Shown in pieces: positions 24,654 through 37,000 of a stretch of DNA of 64,000 nucleotides. Origin of the DNA: Dimorphilus gyrociliatus (lineage: Eukaryota; Animalia; Annelida); NCBI GenBank assembly GCA_904063045.1, contig CAJFCJ010000001.1:2170001-2234000 (forward strand), read 5' to 3'. The position numbers and the translations under genes were made by a program. Each line of letters opens with the position of its first letter. Positions within the stretch are counted from its first letter, which is position 1. The notes beneath the pieces were generated by a model. It ran no database searches. It saw nothing but the letters and a program-made list of their open reading frames with translations, and was not told the DNA's origin.

Positions 24654-25976
24654 ATGAATAATATACTTGTTCATTATCCTGACTTGAAAATTCCTACTCT
24701 AGGAGCTGGAGGAAGTTTTACGGATAGACTATGTAATAGTTATACTACTTCTATATTATTCTTCTTTGCTCTTTTAGTAACAACTCATCAATATGTTGGG
24801 AATCCTGTGATTTGTTGGTGTCCGTCTCATTTTCAACCAAGTCAAGTTTCTTATACAAATAACATATGTTGGACTAAGCGAACGTTCTACGTACCGTACC
24901 ACTTTCCAATACCAAAGGCAAATGATAAGATAGAAAGAATAGGCTATTATCAATTCGTTGTTTTAATTCTTTGCGCTCAAATGATTATCTTTTATATACC
25001 TAAACCTCTTTGGTCATTTTTAAGTCAAAAATCTGGAATTTCAGTATCAATATTTACAAATGCGGCACTGGAACACGAAAAACAAAACGAAATTGACAAG
25101 TCCGAAAATATAAAAAACTTCATAAAGAGTCACTTATATCATTTCCTAAAAGACGTTTGTAGAAAGAGGTTGGCTGCCGAGAAAAAAAGAAAAAAGTCCA
25201 AGAAACGTAAATGGTGCTTATGTTATGACTTTTATGGCGATTATTTAGTCTTTTCATACGTCTTTATCAAGTTTATCTACGTCGTTATATCCGTTTCTCA
25301 GTTATTTCTACTTAATCTATTTTTGGGAATGAATTATCACATGTATGGATTACAAATGATAATCGATCTACAAAATGGAAGAGATTGGACCGTATCTGGT
25401 CGTTTCCCAACAGAAACTATATGCGACCTTACAATAAGAGTTCTCGGTCAGAGACATCGCTACACCGTACAATGTTCATTGCCTATAAACCTCTTTAATA
25501 GGATGATATTTTTTGTATTGTGGCTGTGGTTTTGCTTCGTATCTGTAGCTACAACTATCAGTTTATTAATGTGGATTAAACGTCAAATAATCAGCCCTAA
25601 TTATACATTTATAAAGGAGAGCTTAACGACATCTTACCGATTTGACGAAGAAAATTTAAAGAAAGAAAATATCAAGAATTTCACTCTGAAATTTCTTAAA
25701 AGGGATGGAATGTTCCTTATCAAATTAATTGGATCAAATTCAAGTCAATTGATTGCGGCCGAAATTGTTGCAGATCTATTTAAAAGATTCAATAAAGATA
25801 AAGCAAATCTTTTCAATTTTAATGAACAAGAAGATAAACTATTATCATTAGATTCAAATTTTCAATCCTTACAAAATATTGATTCAAATCCTACGTATAA
25901 AATGAGTAACGGATATGTAGAATTTCCTCCAATATCAAGACCAAATTATAAAGACTTTTATCGTTCAACCTTATGA
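24654..25976 (+). CDS. Innexin (gap-junction protein), intronless CDS
   Basis: 440 aa with DRLCNSYTT, QYVGNPVICWCP, NNICW, YYQFV, RFPTETICD and CSLPINLFN motifs, four TM segments and paired extracellular cysteines typical of innexins. Confidence 0.96.
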   Translation: MNNILVHYPDLKIPTLGAGGSFTDRLCNSYTTSILFFFALLVTTHQYVGNPVICWCPSHFQPSQVSYTNNICWTKRTFYVPYHFPIPKANDKIERIGYYQFVVLILCAQMIIFYIPKPLWSFLSQKSGISVSIFTNAALEHEKQNEIDKSENIKNFIKSHLYHFLKDVCRKRLAAEKKRKKSKKRKWCLCYDFYGDYLVFSYVFIKFIYVVISVSQLFLLNLFLGMNYHMYGLQMIIDLQNGRDWTVSGRFPTETICDLTIRVLGQRHRYTVQCSLPINLFNRMIFFVLWLWFCFVSVATTISLLMWIKRQIISPNYTFIKESLTTSYRFDEENLKKENIKNFTLKFLKRDGMFLIKLIGSNSSQLIAAEIVADLFKRFNKDKANLFNFNEQEDKLLSLDSNFQSLQNIDSNPTYKMSNGYVEFPPISRPNYKDFYRSTL

Positions 25977-26068
25977 TATAACTTGGTTATTTTTTCAATA
26001 TTTCGTAAAAAACAAACGTTTAATGAATTTTAATATACAGTATTTACATATATATATATATATATATA

Positions 26069-27460
26069 CAGTCCGCGACAGAAGTTTTCATATAAAAATT
26101 AAATTTTTTTTGATAAAAGAGCTCTTTTTTTTATTTCTATTAGGAATTTTTCAGGTTTTTTTGTAAATATTTGTTGAAGAATATGTTTGAAATGAAACTT
26201 TGGATTTGGTTTGCTGAAAAAAATATGTTTTTAAATTTAATGTTTATTTATCTTTAAAATTAAGAGGAAAAAAATGCGCCATAAATTTTAATATAAGCTT
26301 AATTAATTAGTTTGACATCGTTTTTTTTGCTAAATTTCTATTTTTTGTCAAGGTATTTAAGTTATTTTCCAATCCTGTTACCTTTGTTGGCAACAACTTG
26401 CCAAACTCTTTCTCCCATTCTTTTGTATAAATGTTTAACATATTGTCTATTATCTCTATTTATTTTTTCCACCTCTAATAGAATTTTGTCCCACAAATCA
26501 TTGAGTGATTGACATCTGTCAATTTCATAAACGTTTTGTTTCAAATAGCCCTATAAATTTTCAATGGGGTTTAGATCTGGTGAATATGGAGGCCAAGGAA
26601 GGACTTGTATTCTGTTCTCCTCCAGTGTATCTCTTGTTACACTGGCAGTGTGTGGGGGTGCATTGTCCTGCTGCCAGATGAAGTCTTCACCAAATTTTCC
26701 CTTAACATTGGAAAAACTGTCCCCTGAATAAATTCAGAGTAAATTTCTCCATTGATGTTAGAGGGAAGTCTTTGGATGAAAACTTCACCATCTGAGGATA
26801 TACACCCCCACACCATCACTCCTCCTCCACCAACAGGGAGCTTATCCCTATACAGTCTTGGACGATCATCCAATTGCCAGGTTAGCATATGGTCTGGGCC
26901 ATCCAGAGAAAATCTGGACTCATCAGTAAATATGACTTTGTTAAAATTGATTTGTTCTTGAACCCATCTACCTACAACTTCGAAGCTAGTTCTTTTTTAG
27001 CCCTTGCTGTTAAAGGGCAAATTTTGGGGATAGGCATGTAGCTTGCTCCATTCTCTTTCAGGATCCTTTGAATGGTCCTTTTTGAGATTTCCAGCCCTAA
27101 ATTTCTCTTTATTTTGCTTGAGGTTGCAAGCTCTTTTTTTTCTTGTAGTCTTCCGCATTCTCTTTTTATAAGATTTTTCACTCTTTCACTTACCTTTGAA
27201 GGTCTACCCATTCTTTTAGGTTGTTCTTCCCTTCTCTCCCTGAGAGATGACCTAGGGATATTCAGGTCAACTGAAAGCCTGTCATAGGTCATCTCTGTTT
27301 TTTTTCATCTTGCCAGCTCTCTAATTTGTGGATGATACTTCATCTTAAAAAATAATTTTAAGGATTTGTCTTCTAAAACGTAATTGTTCGAAATTCGAAT
27401 GTTTTATAAGTTTTTTAGACAAAAAACATCCTTATACAGATACTTATGGCGCATTTTAAA
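26069..27460 (-). mobile_element. Decayed Tc1-family (DD34E) DNA transposon
   Basis: Left end is TA|CAGTCC at 26069 within a (TA)n tract. A 14-bp internal inverted repeat lies at 26271-26284 and 27444-27457. The matching right terminal repeat was not found, so the right boundary is approximate. Confidence 0.8.
26362..27343 (-). pseudogene. Tc1 transposase pseudogene
   Basis: HTH region MGRPSKVSER...ISKRTIQRILKE. Catalytic motifs VIFTDESRF, GVMVWGCIS, WQQDNAPPH and WPPYSPDLNPIEN, with 34 residues between the second D and the E. Interrupted by TGA (codon 13), TAG (after NPIENL) and two frameshifts (about 26972 and about 26695). Confidence 0.92.
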
Positions 27461-28457
27461 TTATATAGGATTATTGCAAAAAAATACATGTTGTCTAAAA
27501 TAAAAAAAAAATATGTTCTAGAAAGGTGAAAAAAAGAAATATTGTATATACATATATACAATATATACATTAATAGATAAAATGTACAGCGTATTGACAT
27601 TGTCACATTAACATTGTCGATGCTCTAATAAACAATTTTAGAATCAAGATAAAATATCTTCTATCCTGTTGTATGGTTTTAACTTCCTATTTTATCGATA
27701 CCTTAAAACTGATATATAATTGTTATTATCATTTTCCATTAGAAAATTCATTAAAAAAACCTACAATTTATAAGAAAACAAAGCTTTTTCAGCTTATCCT
27801 CTTATCAAATTATACAAAGAGCAGTCATCCTTCTCTTACTCTCTCTCTCTCTCTTCTTTTAAGAAAGCTCTATTAACATACGATACAATGAATTATATTT
27901 CTTTTCTCTATAAATAAAGAATATGTGATATAAGATTTAACTTACAACATTCGTACTGCTATTTATAATATACCTACTGCCCCAGAATTCCAGTTAAATT
28001 TAGTTTATTGAACTAGTGTGATCCTTAGGCCTATCTCACTATTGAATGGAAAAACTTTCGACTTGTACGTAGGCATTTCACGATATCTCGACCTTTTTCA
28101 TAAAATATATAATGAAATTCACTGATTTTATTAAAGTTAATGTCTAAAATTTTACTAATTGACACAATATCTCAATTAGTCCTATTGTACACTTTTCTTC
28201 TGCAAAATACCATATAATTATAGTCTAATGAAACTATTTAATATTTTAAAAAATATATCTATTAGCGTTTTCTTTAACCTATATTTGTGGATTTTTCTTG
28301 TCACCCCGTTTTCATAACGTCATTCTGTAAAGGCTTATTTTATGCTTTGCTTCGGAAATGAAAATAGCGCCATCTAGATCATATGTTATAAACAACGAAA
28401 TTTCTCAGAATTTCAGATACATTTGCGAACTGCTACGAACACATTGAAAATATAAGG

Positions 28458-31400
28458 ATGAAGTCATACCAAGGTAATCTATATATAAATTATATTTAGT
28501 TGATTATTTGATAACTTCTTAACTACCATGCTAATAACAGTGAATGGTAATGATGGAAAAAGAGAGACAAATTCTAAACCAGATAATATAGAAGAAGAAA
28601 CAACCGAGAAAAAAGAGGCGAAAATGAAGGAAGAGAAGGAAGAAAAACAAAAACAAGCAAGTCTAAGATCATTGGTAAGTATATTTATTTTCAAATAATT
28701 AACTTAAAAAAACCAGTTTTCTAAGAGTTTAATTAACTGTTACTTTTAATTATAGTACCGATATGGGAAGGCAGTTGATTATTTATTTGTTGGTATAGCA
28801 CTTATCTGCAGTATTGGAAGTGGTGTATTGCAACCAGTAATGTTTCTACTCTTTGGAGAGATGACAAATTCGTTCGTAGAAAATGCTGGTCAAAATACAA
28901 CCGAAGAGACGAAACTAGCGCAGGATAGACTAACAGATGATATGAACAAGTTTACAATTTATTTCTGTGGATTTGGCGCTGGAAGTTTCATTTTAAATTA
29001 TATACGATATCTCTTCCTATTAAATATATCATATAAAATCAGTAGTCGAATGAGAAGTGCATTGTTTACAAGTCTTCTTCATAAGGAAATAGAATGGTTT
29101 GATAAGAATGAAATTGGTACGCTAAATTCAAGATTAGTAGGGTAAGTTTTGTTTTTTTCAGTTTCTTTATTTACAAAATTCCTACAAGCGTACAAGTTTT
29201 CATCAATCGATATTCGCCATATATGGGCAATAATGATTTATAAGAGAGTAGAACACTAGGTCGAATGCAAAATTCGGCCGCCAGGATCGCATGTCTCAAG
29301 AACGCTATACGCCTAGTGACTAGAACTGTAGGTCACATCTGACAAAAGTAGGATATATAATACGTAGGGGAGGGGAAATAAAGCTCAAAACTGTTAAACC
29401 ATTCAATAATCTTATAATGCAAATTTGCATAAGTATCTGTAATTTATCATTGATAATAAAAGCAATAGAAGATATAAAATACAATGATTGCTTTATCTTA
29501 AACAACTTTCTTGAAATTTTAGTGATATTAATAAAGTTGAAGAAGGGATTGGAGACAAAGTCGGAACAATATTTGCTGGACTATCAGGCTTTATTGGAGG
29601 ATTCGTTATTGCTTTTGTAAAAGGATGGAAATTAACATTAGTTATTCTGGCTACAACCCCGATTATAGCAATACTGGGAGCAGCAGTATCAAAGGTAATC
29701 ATACATAATTTACCCAATTTGAAAGAAGATAGTAAAATCGTTAATCTTTAAAAAGTTGTCAGCGATTCTGGCACAAAAAGAATTACAAGTCTACAGCAAA
29801 GCGGGTGCAGTTGCGGAACAAGCTATTAGTAATATAAGGACCATTTCCGCTTTCTCTGGACAGCAAAAAGAAGCGGCTCGATATGATCAACAATTAGGAA
29901 AGGCAAAAAAATTTGGAATAAAAAAAGGGCTTGCCACTGGAATATTTATGGGCTCATTCAACCTAGCCTTTTTTGGAATGATGGCTTTAGCTTTGTGGTA
30001 CGGTGGAAAACTATACAGAGACGAAGGCTTAAAAGTCGGAGATACTGTTACTGTTTTCTTTTCGGTCCTTTTAGGAGCCTTCTTTTTGGGATTATTGGTA
30101 ACAAAAGATATTTTTTTCTTTAAAAAAAATTGTTCAAATCAATTTTATATATTCAGGGTCCAGCACTTGAAGCTTTAGCATCCGCTCGTGCTGCTGCATA
30201 CGCCCTATATCAAATAATAGACTCCAAATCAACCATAGATAGCAATTCTAAAAACGGAAAGAAGTCAAAGATTCAAGGAAATATTGAATTTCGTAATGTC
30301 AAATTTAGATATCCTACTCGTCAAGAAATACCAGTTTTAAATGGTGTCAGCTTTCAAGTTTCAACTGGAGACACCATGGCACTAGTTGGCAGTAGCGGAT
30401 GTGGAAAATCAACTTCTGTTCAACTTTTACAACGATTTTATGATCCAGAAGAAGGAGAAATACTTCTTGATGGCGTCAATATCAAAGATATCAATGTTGG
30501 TTGGTTGAGAGACCATATTGGAGTTGTTTCCCAAGAACCGATACTCTTCGATAATACAATTAAAGAAAATATTCGCCTTGGAAGAGAAGGAGTAACCGAC
30601 GACGACATAGAAAAAGCTGCGAGAAACGCAAATGCTTACAACTTTATTACGAAATTACCTTATGGTTTTAATACGAATGTTGGTGAGAGAGGAGCTCAAC
30701 TCTCTGGAGGACAAAAACAAAGAATAGCAATCGCCAGAGCACTCGTTCGAAATCCTGTTATCCTCCTACTAGACGAAGCAACTTCCGCTTTAGACACTGA
30801 AAGCGAATCAATTGTTCAGGATGCTCTGAATAAAGCTTCGGCAGGTAGAACAACCATTGTTATTGCTCATAGATTATCGACTATAAGGAATGCAAATACT
30901 ATATGTGCATTTGATAAGGGACACATTGTTGAAAAAGGTAATCATGATGAACTGATGAAAATCGAAGGAGGAATCTACAACAAATTGGTTACAGCTCAAC
31001 AATTCAAGGATGAAGAAGAAAAGACAGACGATGATTTCAGATCTGATGATATTGACATAGAATATCAATTCAAGAGACAAAAAAGTAATGGTAGTAATAA
31101 TAGTAGGAGAGGAAAACACGGACTAACATCCATGACAAGTATAAAAGATGATGAAGTATTGGATGACGAAGAAGGAGATGTGGCACCTACTCCTTTCTTT
31201 CAAATATTAAAGTTAAATGCTCCTGAATGGTGTTGGATATTGGTAGGCGTTTTTGGAGCTCTTATCACTGGAGGGGTGAATCCTGTCTTTGCAGTATTAT
31301 TTGGAGACGTAATTAAAGCTTTTACGAAAGAGGACTCAGAGCAAAAGAAAGAAATAGCTCTATATTGTGGGCTATTCGCAGGAATTGGAGTACTTGCTGC

Positions 31401-33162
31401 TTTATCTAAGGTTGTGCAAGATTGGGCATTGGCAGTGTCTAGTGAAAAATTAACTTTAAGATTACGAAAAAAGACATTTCGAAGTATAATAAAACAAGAT
31501 ATCTCCTATTTTGACGATCCTAAAAACTCAACAGGCGCCATAACAACCAGGTTATCAGCTGATGCTTCAAGTGTTCAAGGAGCAGCTGGTGTTCGTCTAG
31601 GAACATTTGTTCAATCTTTTGGAGTTTTAGGAATTGGTGTTATTTTGGCCATGTACTACAGCTGGAAGTTAACGCTTGCTATAATTGCATTTGTACCCTT
31701 GCTTATCCTTGGTGGAGCAATGGAAATGATAATCATGTCTGGAATGCATGGAAAATCGAGTAAAAATCTCGAAGAAGCTTCGAAAATTTCCACACAATGT
31801 CTGTCAAACATTCGAACTGTTGCTCAGTTGTGTAAAGAAAAACATTTCGCACTTGCTTATAAAAAAACCCTTCAGTCGGAACAAGCATCCAAGATGAAAA
31901 AAATTCATGTCATTGCATTTGGTTTTAGTATCAGCCAATCTGTGATGTTTTTTGTATTTGCTGCTACATTTGCATTTGGAACATATTTGATTAAGAACGA
32001 TAACATGTCATTTGACGAGGTCTTCAAAGTATTTGGTGCCATCGCTTTTGGAGCTCAATCAGTTGGAGAACTGGCTTCATTTGCGCCAAATTATGGTAAA
32101 GCTCGTATCGCGGCGACTCGTCTCTTTAGAATTTTTGCACGACAACCACTCATCGATAGTTCCTCACCTGATGGTAAAAAACCATCCACAGTATCTGGTG
32201 TAATTGAGTTCAAGGATGTCTTCTTCTCCTATCCGACTAGACCCAACGCTACTGTTTTGAAAGGCTTGAACATTAAAGTAGAACCTGGTCAAACTTTAGC
32301 TCTCGTTGGTAGCAGTGGATGCGGAAAGAGTACATCGGTTTCCCTCCTCGAACGATTCTACAATCCATTTAAAGGCGTCATAGTAAGTAGTGAAATGTTT
32401 TCTATCAATAGAACAAAAAGAAAGTGTTACATTCTATTTCGTTCTAACGACAATTTTCTTTCTCAGACACTTGACGGCGTTGATTTAGAGAGTTTAAACA
32501 TTTCTTGGCTTCGACAACAAATTGGTCTCGTCCAACAGGAGCCAATTCTTTTTGATTGTACAATCAGAGAAAATATAGCGTATGGTGATAACTCTCGAGA
32601 AGTTCCTATAGAAGAGGTTATCGAGGCTGCTAAAAAGGCCAACATTCACAATTTCATATCAAGCCTACCTCAGGTATTTTTATTGATTGTCTTTAAAACT
32701 GTATAGAATATTGTTATAACACTTTGATACGATTTCTAGGGATACGACACTCCAGCTGGAGATAAAGGAACACAACTATCTGGTGGTCAAAAGCAGAGAA
32801 TTGCCATAGCTAGAGCGTTGGTGAGAGAACCAAAGATAATGTAAGTAAACGATAAAATAGAAGTGAGATTGTAAGTAGATAAGAAAGAAATCTAAAGGAA
32901 AAATTGTATTGACAGACTCCTTGACGAAGCAACATCAGCATTGGATACAGAAAGTGAGGCGATCGTTCAAGAAGCTTTGGATAAAGCAAGAGAAGGTCGC
33001 ACGTGCATAACTATAGCACATCGTCTAAGCACAATAAGAAATGCAGATTGTATAGTTGTTATCTCGAATGGAAAAGTCTCAGAAATAGGAACACATAGTG
33101 AGCTGATGAATGCTAAAGAATTCTATTATACTCTCGTAAAGAGGCAAGAAGCTGCGAAATAA
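28458..33162 (+). CDS. ABCB1: ABCB1/MDR P-glycoprotein full transporter, copy 1
   Basis: TMD1-NBD1-linker-TMD2-NBD2 over about 11 exons. Both NBDs have Walker [10 protein letters not shown], signature [15 protein letters not shown], Walker [11 protein letters not shown] and H-loop IAHRLSTI. The short first exon (MKSYQ, 28458-28473) is inferred from phase compatibility. Confidence 0.95.
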
Positions 33163-34041
33163 ACCTATCAGCACTTGTTTATTAACGATACATTGTATTT
33201 GATCTCATTCCGTAACAAATCACTAAAATTTTTCTATGTTTTATGTTTGTTTTGTCTTTTTTTTTAAATTTTTGATAAAGAAAACCTTGAAAACGTTTTA
33301 ACTTGCCGCTGGTTTATCATCATTTGTGTCTGTTGTGCATTGTCTATTCTAACACTCTGAATAGTTTTATTAAGGGAGATCAGTGGATGAATTTATTGCG
33401 TAATATGAAAATTCGTCTTTCTTTTTTAATTTTAATTATTATAGATAAATAAGAAGAAATAAAAGTTATGTAGGATCTTACTGATAAAGTTCTCATAATA
33501 AAAATAGGTTTGAAAGCTATTGCTGTCCATATTTATGTCAGTAACGTAAAGCCTGTGTAATTTCATCAAAGGCTAATTGCAGTATTTAAAAAGTACTATT
33601 TCAACAGAGGCTATTTAAATTATCTAGTAATCCAAACTCTTCTTGACTTGATGGCGAAGTATAAAAATAAAGAGAGGGTATGGTTTTTCCACAAAGTGGA
33701 ATTTGTTGGATAACTTGAATGTCTATGAGTCATCATTACTTTTGAGAGAAAAATTGTCCTTTTATTTACTTTAAACTGTTAGTATGGATTATTTGAGAAT
33801 GTAAAGTTTTATTATTTATATTCTATTATTTTTAAATATATGAATATATTTTTTGACTTTAGATTAACGTTTGCGTAAGACGCAGAAAAATTGAGAACTG
33901 TAGGCCCTCTTTAGCCTATATGAAAGACCATTGGCTGACGACGATTGTATCTACGAGAAAATCGTTAGACGAAAAGTGCAGCGCCCTCTGGACTATTTAC
34001 TATATCAAAGTATATTTGTCGAAATTCAACTAAATGGGCAA

Positions 34042-37000
34042 ATGAGTCGTAATTTTATAGCTCCCGAATCAAATATGACATCAAATGCAGGTAAAAATAT
34101 CATTAATAGTTCTATAGCAAATTAGAAATCGTTGAATTAATGTGTTTTTGTAAAAATTTTCACAAAAATAAATAAACAATAACAGGAAATATATTTCATA
34201 AACAGCTAGCGATGAATCAAATATGTTAAAAAACGGTCAAAAGAGACTTACAGATGAAGAATTAGACGATGTTAGCTTCAATAACGATAATAATGGTGAA
34301 AAGGAGACAAATGAAAAAAAGAAGGAGGAATTAAAACAAGTTTCATTATTAAAGCTAGTAAGGTTTTGTTTTCCTATACTATATATAATTGAGCATTATA
34401 AGCAAGTAGATAGATATGTAAAATATCGAATGTTCCTATAATTCTAGGTTTCATGATGTTTGTCCACTTTCTTCTGTTGATCAGAAGGTGTATTCTCTAC
34501 GATAATATATACATTTTAATAATTCTATATACAAACAGTATCGTTACGCAACTTCAACGGATTTTATAATTATGGCAATTGCAATACTATGTTCAATATG
34601 CGGTGGAGCTTTGCAACCGTTAATGTTTCTATTTTTTGGCGATATGACAAATTCATTCGTTGAGACTGCAATGAGCAATACTACCACAGATGGTAAACTT
34701 CCGGTGGATAAACTTATTGATGATATGAAAACATTCACAATATACTTTTGTGCATTTGGCGCAGCAAGTTTAGTTTTGAATTATACCAGTTACGTTTGCC
34801 TCTATAGTGCAGCTTCGAGGATTTGTGTAAAGATTAGAAATTCTCTATTTGCCAGTCTTTTACGTCAGGATGTCTCTTGGTATGATGTAAGTGAAACTGG
34901 TGAATTAAGTTCAAGATTAACAGAGTATGTATAACGTATTTTCATCAATCCATTGATCTATAAGAGATGTAAATATGATTAAAACAAAGATAACAATCAA
35001 AGATAGTGAACTGATAAAATTACTATTAATTTAAATATTCCATATGGTTTTACATATTTTTTTTGGCTTCAGTCTGTAAGTTTTAATAGATCTATAGTCT
35101 TTAATGTTTTGAAATAACGCAATTCTCTTTCGTAAATTGTTTTTACCGATAGGTTCGCATTTTACCTATTCAAAAAGTAGGCCTTTAGAATTGGAATTTC
35201 AGGTCGCCTTTTATATTACTATATTAGAAATCGCCGCTTTCAGATTTTTCTTTCACGAGTATCCATGTGAATCACTAATTGCGTGTACGATTGCATCAGA
35301 TGAAAAACAGAGTCAATACATTACGCAATCATACATGACATATCTTGTAATAATATAATGTATATAGTATACTTTATATAATAGTTTCATCGATAGATAT
35401 CTGTAAACTTTAATTAATAAAATGCTTTATAATCTATAGTGATATTAATAAAGTGGAAGAGGGAATTGGAGAAAAGGTTGCAGTGATATTTGGAGGTTTA
35501 GCTGGATTTGTCGGCGGCTTTGCTATAGCTTTTGTTAGAGGATGGAAACTAACTTTGGTTATTTTAGCTGTGAGCCCGATAATAGCAATTATGGCAGGTA
35601 TCATTGCAAAAGTTAGTATTCCTTCAAAAAGTCTGTTTGAAAGGAATTATAAAACGTCAACATTTTTCAGCTAACTACAGTACTAACTCAAAAAGAGCTA
35701 GACGCTTACGCAAAAGCTGGAGCCGTTGCCGAAGAAGTGATAAGTTCGATAAGGACGGTTACTGCTTTTTCTGGTCATCAAAAAGAAACAATAAGATACA
35801 CGAAAAATCTCACAACTGCTAAAAATTTTGGAATTAAGAAAGGTATGGCAACAGGAACACTAATGGGATCATTTAACGTTGTACTTTTTGGAATAATGGC
35901 ATTGGCTTTCTGGTATGGAGCAAAGCTTGTTAGAGATGACGGCTTGAAAGCTGGAGATATTGTTACAGTTTTCTTTGCGGTAGTAATAGGAGCATTTTCA
36001 ATAGGATTAATGGTAGTTTTACATACAAAATACTATAAAAAAACATCACTTTACTCTAAACACGAAATTTTTATAAAATCAAAAAGGGACCAAGTATACA
36101 AGGATTATCATCAGCTCGCGGCGCAGCATTCATTGTGTATCAGATGATCGATCGCAAATCCGAAATAGACGGCCTTGAGAAAGATGGCCAAACACCAAAT
36201 ATAACCGGAAATATTGAATTTCGTAATATCAAATTTAGATATCCCTCTCGTCTAGAGGTAACAGTTTTAAATGGTGTCAGCTTTCAAGTTTCAACTGGAG
36301 ACACCATGGCACTAGTTGGCAGTAGCGGATGTGGAAAATCAACTTCTGTTCAACTTTTACAACGATTTTATGATCCAGAAGAAGGAGAAATACTTCTTGA
36401 TGGCGTCAATATCAAAGATATCAATGTTGGTTGGTTGAGAGACCATATTGGAGTTGTTTCCCAAGAACCGATACTCTTCGATAATACAATTAAAGAAAAT
36501 ATTCGCCTTGGAAGAGAAGGAGTAACCGACGACGACATAGAAAAAGCTGCGAGAAACGCAAATGCTTACAACTTTATTACGAAATTACCTTATGGTTTTA
36601 ATACGAATGTTGGTGAGAGAGGAGCTCAACTCTCTGGAGGACAAAAACAAAGAATAGCAATCGCCAGAGCACTCGTTCGAAATCCTGTTATCCTCCTACT
36701 AGACGAAGCAACTTCCGCTTTAGACACTGAAAGCGAATCAATTGTTCAGGATGCTCTGAATAAAGCTTCGGCAGGTAGAACAACCATTGTTATTGCTCAT
36801 AGATTATCGACTATAAGGAATGCAAATACTATATGTGCATTTGATAAGGGACACATTGTTGAAAAAGGTAATCATGATGAACTGATGAAAATCGAAGGAG
36901 GAATCTACAACAAATTGGTTACAGCTCAACAATTCAAGGATGAAGAAGAAAAGACAGACGATGATTTCAGATCTGATGATATTGACATAGAATATCAATT

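Noticed and set aside
29142-29522. Possible C/D snoRNA in the long intron of ABCB1 copy 1 (ATGATT...CTGA)
   Set aside because: Box C is imperfect, there is no terminal stem, and nothing comparable exists in the equivalent intron of copy 2.
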